Source of the DNA: Pedobacter sp.
GTDB lineage: Bacteria; Desulfobacterota; Desulfuromonadia; Desulfuromonadales; Syntrophotaleaceae
Assembly (NCBI GenBank): GCA_050253415.1
Contig: JBFWJC010000002.1
Location: forward strand, 576,725 to 640,724
Direction: 5' to 3'
Length of the DNA stretch: 64,000 nt
The translations under genes and the position numbers were made by a program. Under the pieces are notes generated by a model. The model did no database searches. It was not told the origin of the DNA and saw nothing but the letters and a program-made list of their open reading frames with translations. This document shows, one piece after another, positions 38,866 through 48,042 of this stretch (the first letter of the stretch is position 1; each line of letters opens with the position of its first letter).

Positions 38866-39834
38866 ATGAAAATCGTGTATCTGGATGGTTATACACTTAA
38901 TCCCGGCGATCTCAGCTGGGATGCCTTGGCCGAATTGGGTGAATTGACCATTTATGAGCGCACCCCGCCTGAGCTGGTGCTTGACCGCGCCAGGGGTGCC
39001 CAGGTGTTGCTGACCAATAAGGTCGAATTCGATGACGCCCGGCTTGCTCAACTTGACGGCTTGCAATATATCGGCGTGACGGCGACCGGTTTCAATATTG
39101 TCGATACCGTCGCTGCGCGGCGACGCGGAATAGTGGTGACCAATGCTCCTGCTTACAGTACCCGTTCGGTATCGCAGATGGTGTTTGCCTTGCTGCTGGA
39201 GATGACCCAGCAGGTCGGTCATCACAGTCGCCTGGTACAGGAACAGCAGCGCTGGAGCAGCAGTCCCGATTTCAGTTTTTGGGATCGTCCCCTGATTGAG
39301 CTGGACGGCTTGACCATGGGGCTGGTCGGTTTCGGGCAGATAGGACGCCAGGTTGCTGGTATCGCGCGTGCCTTCGGTATGCGGGTTCTCGCCCATACCG
39401 CCCACCCTGCCAACTACAGCGCATATGAGCAGCGTGGTGAAGTTTCTTTTGTTTCCCTCGATGACCTGTTCAGCCGTAGCGACGTGATCAGCCTGCATTG
39501 CCCTCTCACCGATGCAACCAAGCATCTTGTCGATGTCCGTCGGTTGGGTCTGATGAAATCCTCGGCCCTGCTCATTAATACCTCACGCGGTCCGTTATTG
39601 GATGAGGCGGCCGTTGCAAAGGCTCTCAACGAAGGGCGCATCGGTGGGTTGGGGACCGATGTTCTGTCCAGTGAACCACCTGCAGCCGATCATCCCCTGC
39701 TCCATGCCCGCCATGCCTTTATCACGCCGCATATTGCCTGGGCCAGCCGTGAAGCCCGTTTGCGCTTGATGCATATCGTGACCGAGAACCTGCGGTCCTT
39801 TATGGACGGCCATCCTCAAAATGTCGTTAACTGA
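38866..39834 (+). CDS. D-2-hydroxyacid dehydrogenase (glycerate dehydrogenase/hydroxypyruvate reductase-like)
   Basis: LDGYTLNPGDL, GFGQIG, SLHCPLT, INTSRG, TPHIAW. Confidence 0.9.
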   Translation: MKIVYLDGYTLNPGDLSWDALAELGELTIYERTPPELVLDRARGAQVLLTNKVEFDDARLAQLDGLQYIGVTATGFNIVDTVAARRRGIVVTNAPAYSTRSVSQMVFALLLEMTQQVGHHSRLVQEQQRWSSSPDFSFWDRPLIELDGLTMGLVGFGQIGRQVAGIARAFGMRVLAHTAHPANYSAYEQRGEVSFVSLDDLFSRSDVISLHCPLTDATKHLVDVRRLGLMKSSALLINTSRGPLLDEAAVAKALNEGRIGGLGTDVLSSEPPAADHPLLHARHAFITPHIAWASREARLRLMHIVTENLRSFMDGHPQNVVN

Positions 39835-39864
39835 TCGGGGACCTGCCGGTGAACGCATATTGAC

Positions 39865-39892
39865 TTGACATTCCATGGGGAAATTTTATGAT
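39865..39892 (+). promoter_or_regulatory. Putative sigma70 promoter for folD
   Basis: TTGACA-N16-TATGAT. Confidence 0.6.
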
Positions 39893-39916
39893 GACGCCTG
39901 CCAAGAGGCAGCTTGC

Positions 39917-39990
39917 AGTGACAAGTGACAAGTGACAAGTGACAAGTGACAAGTGACAAGTGACAAGTGACAAGTGACAAGTGACAAGTG
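39917..39990. repeat. Heptanucleotide tandem repeat (AGTGACA)x10 plus AGTG
   Basis: Perfect copies read directly from the sequence; ends about 10 nt before the folD RBS. Confidence 0.98.
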
Positions 39991-40010
39991 TTTTTATAAA
40001 AGGAGTTCAA

Positions 40011-40883
40011 ATGTCTGCTAATTTGCTCGAAGGAAATGTCGTCGCCGCGGCCGTATTGGAAGATGTGGCCAGGCGTGTGGCGGTTCTTAAACAAAAAGGG
40101 ATTCAGCCTGGTCTTGGTACCATCCTGGTTGGTGAGGATGGTCCGAGTGTCAGCTATGTCAACAAAAAGCATGAAACCTGCAAAACCGTCGATATTGCCT
40201 CCTTTAATATTTCGATTCCGGCCACGGCAAGCCAGGCCGATCTGCTGGCTGCGGTTCGAGACTTCAATGAGAGCCCGGCCGTGGATGCCTATATCATCCA
40301 GTATCCTTTGCCCAAAGGTTTCGACTTTAATGAAGCCCTGATGCTGATGGATCCGGACAAGGACGCCGACGGTCTGCATCCGGTCAATCTCGGCCGCCTG
40401 GTATTGCAGGAACCCGGTCCGGTGCCTTGTACCCCCGCAGGCATTCGCGCCATGCTCAAACATTACGATATCCCCATAGAAGGCAAAGAGGTTGTCGTTA
40501 TCGGTCGCGGTCCGACGCTGGGGCGTCCCTTGTCGCTGCTGCTGACCCTTAAGCAACCCTATGCCAATGCTGCCGTGACGGTAGTTCATTCCGGCATCAA
40601 GGATCTCGGCGCCTATACCCGGCGGGCCGATGTCGTCATTGCCGCTGCCGGTTGCCCCGGTATCGTGCAACCCGACATGATTCGTCCCGGAGCGGTTGTC
40701 ATAAGTGGCGGGATCAGCTGGGAAGGGCGCAAGTTGCTGCCGGATGTTGATGAGTCGGTTGGCGAGGTCGCGGGTTGGATTACCCCTCGGCTTGGTGGCG
40801 TCGGTCCGACTACCGTTGCCATGTTGCTGCAAAATACCATTCAGGCCGCCGAAGAGCGTGCGCGCAAGGCCGGCAAACTGTAA
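40011..40883 (+). CDS. folD: Bifunctional methylene-THF dehydrogenase/cyclohydrolase
   Basis: YVNKK, KDADGLHPVNLG, PCTPAGI, GGVGPTTVAML; AAGGAG RBS. Confidence 0.95.
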   Translation: MSANLLEGNVVAAAVLEDVARRVAVLKQKGIQPGLGTILVGEDGPSVSYVNKKHETCKTVDIASFNISIPATASQADLLAAVRDFNESPAVDAYIIQYPLPKGFDFNEALMLMDPDKDADGLHPVNLGRLVLQEPGPVPCTPAGIRAMLKHYDIPIEGKEVVVIGRGPTLGRPLSLLLTLKQPYANAAVTVVHSGIKDLGAYTRRADVVIAAAGCPGIVQPDMIRPGAVVISGGISWEGRKLLPDVDESVGEVAGWITPRLGGVGPTTVAMLLQNTIQAAEERARKAGKL

Positions 40884-40907
40884 TCTTGCCGTTTTCCCAT
40901 GGTAATC

Positions 40908-40951
40908 ATAAAGGGCGTCACCGCTACAGGCGGTCGACGCCCTTTATTTTT
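40908..40951 (+). terminator. Intrinsic terminator after folD
   Basis: ATAAAGGGCGTC/GACGCCCTTTAT stem plus T-run. Confidence 0.8.
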
Positions 40952-41514
40952 ATGTGGAAATACCAAGGTGACTTTCAGGGCGGATGGGGTCAGTGTAGGT
41001 TTGTTTATGTTTGAATGGGAAAGGCTTGATGCTGGCTAATAAAGTGGTCGGGCGGTGTTATTCAGGACTAGAGTCCGTTCATGTCGGAAATGTAGCGTTG
41101 AAAAATGGTTGGAAAATTTCAATAGTATGTGCAAGGCAAAGTTTAAATTATTACAGGGCATTCATGTTGTCTCAAATTTGGTTACCCTTGGCTAATTTAA
41201 GCGCCGTTTCTCTTTTTTAAAATTAGATACGGATAATAAACAGGCTGAAGCAGCACCTTTTTGGTTTGTTTGTATTAATTTACCATGAGATTTCCAAATT
41301 AAGGTCTGTGAGGTTTTTAATTGTTTAAATTGTGTAGTCTTGGTCATGTGTTTGTGTAAATAATCCAGGAAGCCTTTCTGAGGATTTTTTATTTCATGAT
41401 TAACAATTTCGTTTTTTCAGGTGGCACCTTTCGAGAGTTCTAATTATTCTTGAGGCACCAACGCGCACTTTATTGTAACCTGATGACTCCACCCCTTTAG
41501 TGAAGGAGAATCTT

Positions 41515-43014
41515 TTGGCGAATAAATGTTGGCAATGTACGGTTTGCGGATATGTCCATGTCGGGGCAAATTTGCCTGAATGTTGTCCTGTCTGTGGGGT
41601 AGATAAGGATTTGTTTGAAGAAAAGAAGGAGGAGTCCTCTTGCCTGGACAATCGGATACCCCGGGCCTGGCGTTGCCTGGTATGTAACTATATACATGAA
41701 GGTGAGACACCTCCTGAGACTTGCCCGGTTTGCGGTGCCGGCGCCGATCAGTTTGAGCCTGTTTCGCCGGAGCCCTCGAATAGTAAAAGTCTTGAGACCA
41801 GTGAAGTTATCGTGATTGTCGGGGCAGGTATTTCCGGACTCTCCGCGGCAGCCGCTGCGCGAAAAAATGCGCCATCGGCGAAGATCACGATACTCAGCCG
41901 CGAAACTGAAATCCCCTATTATCGGCTGAATCTTACCCGTTACCTTGCCGGTGAGCTGACAGCGCAGCAATTACAGATTCATCCGCCACAGTGGTATGAA
42001 GATAACCGTATCGATCTGTCTCTTGGTGTCGAAGTAACGGCTATTGATGCTACCCGCAAAGTTCTCCGTCTCCGGGGGCAGGAGGATATATCCTACGACA
42101 AATTGATCCTGTCCGTGGGGGCGCACTCTTTTATTCCACCGGTCAGTGGCGCGGAAAAAGATGGCGTCAAGGCATTGCGGACACAACAGGATGCTACGGA
42201 TATCCTGGAAAAAGCACAGCCGAATAAGAACTGTGTGGTGATCGGAGGCGGTGTCCTGGGGCTGGAAACGGCAGCGGCTCTGGCGCGCCGCGGCGTGCAA
42301 GTCACTATCGTCGAAGGTTTCGACTGGTTGCTGCCGCGTCAACTGACCCGTGCTGCCGGTGAACGTTTGGCCGGTTATGTTGAAAAGCTCGGCATTCGCC
42401 TGATTTGCGGAGGGCGTGTTCAAAGTCTTGCAGGCGGACAGGCTGTGACCGGTGTGGCTTTGGCTTCAGGGGAGGTTATTGCCGCGGAATTGGTGGTTTT
42501 TGCTGCAGGTGTGCGCTGCAACAGCGCCTTGGCCCGGCAGGCCAACCTGTCAGTGAATAACGGTATCCTGGTGGATAACGCCATGCGTACTTCCAACGCC
42601 GATATTTTTGCCGTTGGCGATGTTGCGGAACATCAGGGGGTCATTTACGGGACCTGGGTGCCGGCGCAGCTGCAGGGGGAAGTTGCCGGAACCAATGCCG
42701 CAGGCGGTAACGATAGTTTTACCGGTATCTCCCGCTCCAATATCCTTAAAGTACTCGATGTTGATCTGTTCAGTATCGGTCAGGTGCACCCTGAAGACGG
42801 TAGTTATCAGGTTTTCGAGGATCACGGCGATGATCGCTATGCTTTGTTTGTATTCCGCAATTCTTTTCTTGTCGGCGCCATCCTTATGGGGGATACGAGC
42901 CTGTCCTCGCGGGTCAAGAAATTGATTGAACAACAGATCAGTTGCACACAGCTTCTTGTCGGCGCGGATACGGGTGGGATCATACGGGAACGTTTGGTTG
43001 CCGGTACGGTCTAA
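41515..43014 (+). CDS. Two rubredoxin-like domains fused to an FAD/NADH-dependent oxidoreductase
   Basis: CTVCG..CPVCG and CLVCN..CPVCG; GAGISG, GGGVLGLE, FAVGDVAE; likely TTG start after AAGGAG (GTG 41500 is an alternative). Confidence 0.88.
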   Translation: MANKCWQCTVCGYVHVGANLPECCPVCGVDKDLFEEKKEESSCLDNRIPRAWRCLVCNYIHEGETPPETCPVCGAGADQFEPVSPEPSNSKSLETSEVIVIVGAGISGLSAAAAARKNAPSAKITILSRETEIPYYRLNLTRYLAGELTAQQLQIHPPQWYEDNRIDLSLGVEVTAIDATRKVLRLRGQEDISYDKLILSVGAHSFIPPVSGAEKDGVKALRTQQDATDILEKAQPNKNCVVIGGGVLGLETAAALARRGVQVTIVEGFDWLLPRQLTRAAGERLAGYVEKLGIRLICGGRVQSLAGGQAVTGVALASGEVIAAELVVFAAGVRCNSALARQANLSVNNGILVDNAMRTSNADIFAVGDVAEHQGVIYGTWVPAQLQGEVAGTNAAGGNDSFTGISRSNILKVLDVDLFSIGQVHPEDGSYQVFEDHGDDRYALFVFRNSFLVGAILMGDTSLSSRVKKLIEQQISCTQLLVGADTGGIIRERLVAGTV

Positions 43015-43273
43015 GCTCGGTCTTCAACATTTGCTGATGTGCCTGAAATCGACCGTTTGCGGAAAATAAACACGCTGGTATATCACCGGATCGGCCGAGG
43101 CATAGACTTTCTGGTCCGTGGGCAGGTTGAACGCGGTTGTGATACAGTAGGCTGCTTATTTACTTGATTTACGGGGCCGCAACGGAGCTGACGGATTTGG
43201 CAGTTTCTGTTTCGTCGGTACGTCTGGCGTGATCGACGTCGATATGGCTCAAGTTTACTCAGAAAGGGCGGAC

Positions 43274-43696
43274 ATGTTACGTGGTGCGGCAGGAATACTG
43301 ATCGGTTTGTTGTTGATTTTATGTTTCGCTGGCTGCAGCGATACCGTTTCCCGCGATCTTGGCGATTATGTCGGTGAGTGGACTTCGCCAAATATGCACC
43401 TTCTTATCACCCCTGATGGATCGGTGAAATATAGAAGGATCAAACAAGGGGGGCGCGTTTCGCTGACCGGTACTTTGAAGGGTTTCAAAGGGCATGATTT
43501 TATCGTTCGGTACTGGCTGTTTTCAACCACCTTCGAGGTTTCAGTCCCGCCCCATGAGGAAAATGGCGAGTGGCATATGGTGGTGGATGGCGTAGACCTG
43601 GTTCGTTCCCGGCGCCCGCAGCAACCCTTTCCGCAGGATGGTTCGCCAAAGTCCTTGCAAGTCAGGTTTAACAATCAGGTGATGCGCCAGGCTTAA
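43274..43696 (+). CDS. Hypothetical lipoprotein
   Basis: Hydrophobic signal with FAGC lipobox. Confidence 0.65.
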   Translation: MLRGAAGILIGLLLILCFAGCSDTVSRDLGDYVGEWTSPNMHLLITPDGSVKYRRIKQGGRVSLTGTLKGFKGHDFIVRYWLFSTTFEVSVPPHEENGEWHMVVDGVDLVRSRRPQQPFPQDGSPKSLQVRFNNQVMRQA

Positions 43697-43720
43697 TGGT
43701 TGGAGCGCGAGGTGGTACCG

Positions 43721-45058
43721 ATGTGCAAAAAGTGGCTGTGGAAACTAATAATGCTCATGCTACCGGTGTTGGTGACGGCTTGTCAGACGCAGGTCGAGCA
43801 TCGGGACCTTCTGGATCTTCAGCTGTTGCCACAGAATCTCACGGCATATGTCGTGACAGATAACGCAGCGCGTGCACTGCTGCCTGCTGAACGCCAGAAA
43901 CAATGGTCCGATGACTATCGCCGCCGTTTTCTGGCCCCATGGCAGGCTACCTGGGAAGGACGCCCCATCCACGAGTTGTTTGGCATTCGTGAGTGGTTGC
44001 TGAATAATCTGGTATTTGGTAGTAATTATCGGCCTGTTCCCCTGCAACTCCGGCAACAATGGTTGTTGCTTTGTGCTGAGACGGAATTCCCCAATGCCGA
44101 TTACCCTGCCATAACCCTGCGTGCTTCCAATATAAGGGGGCTGCCAACGCGGCAACCGGCCTTTTATGACTTCACCCTGCCGGGCGAAGGGTTCCCTTTT
44201 GATTATCTGCAAAATTCCTCCATTCCGGCTAGCGTGCCGGTGCGGGTTCGCCAGCATTCGGCTGATGGAGGTTGGTTGCTGGTTGAAACCGATGCCATGT
44301 TTGGATGGATTCCGGCAACGGATGTTGCCCCGGTCGATGAGGCGTTCATACGGCAATATACGACATCGGCATGGTCGGTCGTGACCCAGGATGATGTCTT
44401 GTTGACCGGTGATGACGGTGACGTCCTGGCCACCGCAGCCCTGGGAAGTATCTGGGTGCAATCGATGCCCGATAAGGTTTGGGTGGCCATGCGTGGCGAC
44501 AATGGTCATGCAACGTTGCGGCCGGCCGCGATGCCAGCCGGTGCGGCGCAACCTTTTCCTTTGCCTCTGACGCCTGGTCTTATGGCGGAGCTCGGCAATC
44601 ATCTGCTCGGTAAACCTTATGACTGGGGTGGGCAGTTCGGGGGCCGAGACTGTTCCGCCACCGTGCGCGATCTTTTTGCCTGTTTCGGTCTGTATCTGCC
44701 GCGCAATTCCGCCGGGCAGGCCAAGGTCGGGGAAAGACTGAATCTAAAGCACTTGCCTGCAAAGGAGCGCGAGCGATTCATCATGAGCCAAGCGGAGCCT
44801 TGGTTGTCCCTGGCATACATGCCGGGACATATCATGTTGTATGTGGGCATATTCAAAGACCAGCCGGTTTTCCTGCACACCTTGTGGGGTGTAAAGACCA
44901 AAAATCGCCACGCAAAGGCAGGACGCCATCTCGTGGGGCAAACCGTCATCACCGGGTTACGTCCAGGCGATGAACTAAGCGACCTGATGCGGCCTGAAGG
45001 ACTGTTGCTTGAGCGGATCGAGGGTATGGTGCTGCTCGGAGGCGTTGCCGAACCATGA
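43721..45058 (+). CDS. NlpC/P60 cell-wall peptidase lipoprotein with SH3-like domain
   Basis: VTAC lipobox, PYDWGG..RDCSA, LPRNSAGQ, GHIMLYVG. Confidence 0.88.
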   Translation: MCKKWLWKLIMLMLPVLVTACQTQVEHRDLLDLQLLPQNLTAYVVTDNAARALLPAERQKQWSDDYRRRFLAPWQATWEGRPIHELFGIREWLLNNLVFGSNYRPVPLQLRQQWLLLCAETEFPNADYPAITLRASNIRGLPTRQPAFYDFTLPGEGFPFDYLQNSSIPASVPVRVRQHSADGGWLLVETDAMFGWIPATDVAPVDEAFIRQYTTSAWSVVTQDDVLLTGDDGDVLATAALGSIWVQSMPDKVWVAMRGDNGHATLRPAAMPAGAAQPFPLPLTPGLMAELGNHLLGKPYDWGGQFGGRDCSATVRDLFACFGLYLPRNSAGQAKVGERLNLKHLPAKERERFIMSQAEPWLSLAYMPGHIMLYVGIFKDQPVFLHTLWGVKTKNRHAKAGRHLVGQTVITGLRPGDELSDLMRPEGLLLERIEGMVLLGGVAEP

Positions 45059-45129
45059 CTTCTTGGGGCCATCGGTTTGAATCTATGCGAACGATCAATG
45101 TGAAAATTTTATTTCAGGGAGAGACAGCT

Positions 45130-45915
45130 ATGCAATGGATGCGTTTGAAAACGGCAGCACTGACCGCTATATTATTGATGTTCTGTTGCCTGCCGGCCGT
45201 GGCGGGGCAGGATACCCTGGTGCAGGTCTCGACTATCGATGCCTTGCTGAGCGGCTTGTACGATGGCACCATGACCATCGCTGAATTGCGCCAGAGCGGC
45301 GGTTTTGGTATCGGTACCTTTGATCGTCTCAACGGTGAGATGGTGATGCTCGATGGTATCGTCTACCGGGTACGTAGCGACGGCAAGGTGGATCTGGTGC
45401 CTGATACGGATACCACGCCCTTTGCAGCCGTAACCTTTTTTGAATCCGAACTCCGTCGAGATATCCCATCCGGCAGCGATTTCTTAATGTTTCAGCAATG
45501 GCTCGACTCCTTGCTGCCAAATTTGAACCTGTTTTATGCGGTGCGGATCGAAGGGCATTTTCGCGTCATGAAAACCCGTAGTGTGCCACAACAGGTAAAA
45601 CCCTATCCGGCGTTGGCCGAAGTTGCCAGGCATCAGCCGGAGTTTGAATTTGAGGATGTCGAAGGCGTGATTGTCGGTTATCGTTCCCCGGCTTTTGTCA
45701 AAGGTATCGGAGTGCCGGGTTACCATCTGCATTTTCTTACCAGCGATCGTAAGGCGGGGGGGCATATCCTTGCCTTTACGGTACAGCAGGCCACGGTCGA
45801 CGTCGACCAAACCAGCGAGATTTTATTGCGCTTGCCCGAGTCGAAGGCATTTGGGGGCGTTGATCTGGGCCAGGACCGCAGTGCGGACCTGAAACAGGTT
45901 GAACAGGAGAGATAA
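45130..45915 (+). CDS. budA: Alpha-acetolactate decarboxylase with signal-peptide-like N-terminus
   Basis: QVSTIDALLSGLYDG, GIGTFDRLNGEM, TPFA, GYHLHF..GGH Zn ligands. Confidence 0.92.
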   Translation: MQWMRLKTAALTAILLMFCCLPAVAGQDTLVQVSTIDALLSGLYDGTMTIAELRQSGGFGIGTFDRLNGEMVMLDGIVYRVRSDGKVDLVPDTDTTPFAAVTFFESELRRDIPSGSDFLMFQQWLDSLLPNLNLFYAVRIEGHFRVMKTRSVPQQVKPYPALAEVARHQPEFEFEDVEGVIVGYRSPAFVKGIGVPGYHLHFLTSDRKAGGHILAFTVQQATVDVDQTSEILLRLPESKAFGGVDLGQDRSADLKQVEQER

Positions 45916-46066
45916 AGACGTTCGCAACGTCGGGAATTGCCGATTTGCCCAGCTGTTAAGCGAGAGTTGCAGTCGTTGATTTCTAGGATAATCTGATCAG
46001 ACAGTCTCGTCGAAGTTTTCTTGTAAGATCGCTGCTCAGCAGCCTGTGCGGTTACCAGGGAGAGGT

Positions 46067-47386
46067 ATGATGACCTTTCGATTCGCATTTCTTAAACAAC
46101 CTTTCGAGGACTTTTTTAAGCATCAGGCCTCCGGCGGCATTGTCTTGTTCGGTGCCACGATCCTGGCCATGGTCCTGGCCAATTCGCCCTGGAGCGAAAC
46201 CTATTTTCATTTCTGGGAACTCAAATTAACCATCGGCTTCGATCATTTCGGTTTGACCCAGACGCTGCATCATTGGATCAATGATGGCCTGATGGCCGTA
46301 TTTTTTTTCCTGGTTGGGCTGGAGCTTAAACGGGAATTCATGGCTGGTGAGCTGGCCAGTTTTCGCCAGGCGATGCTTCCGATTGCCGCAGCTATTGGCG
46401 GGATGGTGGTGCCGGCTGTGATTTTTTACCTGATGAATCCTGTCGGGCCGGAAGCAGCAGGTTGGGGCATCCCTATGGCGACCGATATTGCCTTTGCCCT
46501 GGGAATACTGGCTCTGCTTAAGGGGAAGATATCGAGATCCCTGGCTATTTTCCTTACCGCCCTGGCTATTGTCGACGACCTCGGTGCCGTACTGGTCATC
46601 GCCTTGTTTTATAGCGGTGAGCTGGCTTTTGTGCAATTGGCGATAGCCCTGGGTCTGTTGTTGGTGCTGATTGTCGGAAATCGTATGGGAGTACAGTCGC
46701 TCAATTTTTATGGCCTGATAGGGGTTTGCCTATGGGTAGCGTTGCTGAAATCCGGAGTGCACGGCTCGATTGCCGGGGTATTGGTCGGGGCAGTCATCCC
46801 CGCGCGGCCACGTCTGCCCCACAAAGAGTTTGTAACGCTCACCGAACACTACATGGGGCGCTATAAAGAAGTCGGGGAGGTTCCCGGACCTTTTCATCAT
46901 GAGGAACGCCTTGGTGCGTTGCTTGCCCTCGAACATATCTGTCACGATGCCATGAGTTCGCTGCAGCGCATGGAACACCAGCTTCAGCACTGGGTCATTT
47001 TTGGCGTGATTCCCATCTTCGCTCTGGCCAACGCGGGTTTGGTGCTACGCTGGCAGGATCTGGCCACCGGATTGACCCATCCGGTAACCATCGGAGTCGT
47101 CCTTGGTCTGCTGATCGGTAAGCCGCTCGGGATCCTGGTCTTTTCATGGATCTCGGTGCGCAGTGGACTGTGCGCGCTGCCGCGTGGGACCTCCTGGTTG
47201 GAAGTGCTTGGCGTCGGTATTCTCGGCGGGATAGGATTTACCATGTCGTTATTTATCAGCAATCTTGCTTATATCAATATATCCCTCTCTAATAACGCCA
47301 AACTTGGTATTTTTATCGCCTCGCTGCTGGCCGGTGCGATCGGATTTATGCTCCTCTCCCGTGTAGCTTCTCGCAAGATGACATGA
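46067..47386 (+). CDS. nhaA: Na+/H+ antiporter NhaA
   Basis: WINDGLMAVFF, GWGIPMATDIAFA, LAIVDDL, GIGFTMSLFI. Confidence 0.96.
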   Translation: MMTFRFAFLKQPFEDFFKHQASGGIVLFGATILAMVLANSPWSETYFHFWELKLTIGFDHFGLTQTLHHWINDGLMAVFFFLVGLELKREFMAGELASFRQAMLPIAAAIGGMVVPAVIFYLMNPVGPEAAGWGIPMATDIAFALGILALLKGKISRSLAIFLTALAIVDDLGAVLVIALFYSGELAFVQLAIALGLLLVLIVGNRMGVQSLNFYGLIGVCLWVALLKSGVHGSIAGVLVGAVIPARPRLPHKEFVTLTEHYMGRYKEVGEVPGPFHHEERLGALLALEHICHDAMSSLQRMEHQLQHWVIFGVIPIFALANAGLVLRWQDLATGLTHPVTIGVVLGLLIGKPLGILVFSWISVRSGLCALPRGTSWLEVLGVGILGGIGFTMSLFISNLAYINISLSNNAKLGIFIASLLAGAIGFMLLSRVASRKMT

Positions 47387-47538
47387 TGGCCAATTTCGAG
47401 GTCTTTGTTGCGCTACGGGGCTCTCTGTCCTCTTTTGGACCACCTCTTGAATCGGAGTGTTCGTCCTTGTTTTTACCGTTGGTACTCCTAAGTTTCTGAA
47501 TTTATACGTTTATTTTTGAAGTGAAAAAAAATTCAAAA

Positions 47539-47555
47539 CTGGCAGAGCCTTTGCA
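47539..47555 (+). promoter_or_regulatory. sigma54 promoter upstream of the hgtR-like gene
   Basis: CTGGCAGAGCCTTTGCA closely matches YTGGCAC-N5-TTGCW with correct spacing. Confidence 0.75.
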
Positions 47556-47642
47556 ATAGTGTATACAAAAAATAGCCGGTCATAATCGTTGGGCCGGTTT
47601 CTGTTGGTTGCGATGAGATTAGGGACACAAAGGAGACACCAA

Positions 47643-47801
47643 ATGGGAAAAAGTGTAGAAAACCCGAAAAAAAACATCATTTCCTGCCGAGTTAACGATC
47701 GGGAAATGGAGGCATTGCAGGATCTCGCGAAAAAAGCCGGCACCAATATTTCCGACCTGGTGCGTCAGAGTATCATGTCTCTGGCTCACAGCCATGGCTG
47801 A
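47643..47801 (+). CDS. Small ribbon-helix-helix regulator, HgtR-like
   Basis: MGKSVENPKKNIISCRVNDREMEAL..ISDLVRQ, 52 aa; AAGGAG RBS; resembles Geobacter HgtR as recalled. Confidence 0.75.
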   Translation: MGKSVENPKKNIISCRVNDREMEALQDLAKKAGTNISDLVRQSIMSLAHSHG

Positions 47802-48042
47802 TCCCTCCTGATTATCCTCCCCCTATGCTTATGGTTGTGAATCGACGCTCTGTCGGTGGCTGATTGATTTTAATATTTATCCTTATTGAAGGTTTTTGAG
47901 GGCTGCTCAACTTGCGCTGAAGCGCGATGGGCAGCCCTTTGTCTTACCGCCGAGTCCGCCTTTTTGCTTGACTTATGCAGGCGTTTTGCTACTTTATCAG
48001 ACTTGTTTTTTTGCCACCCAGCAGCCCTTCGGGAGGAATGCA

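Noticed and set aside
39917..39990. Possible CRISPR array (also considered for 51438-52686)
   Set aside because: No unique spacers between repeats, units too short, no cas genes
39816..40832. ORF containing TCHLSLV peptide repeats
   Set aside because: Translation artefact of the heptamer repeat, antisense to folD
41340..41455. PerR-like (TTCTAATTATTCTTG) and Rex-like half sites
   Set aside because: Only partial matches in AT-rich DNA, so chance occurrence is likely
47802..48042. Possible T-box leader for ileS
   Set aside because: No T-box consensus found; the hairpin at 47899-47938 is better explained as the terminator of the upstream small gene
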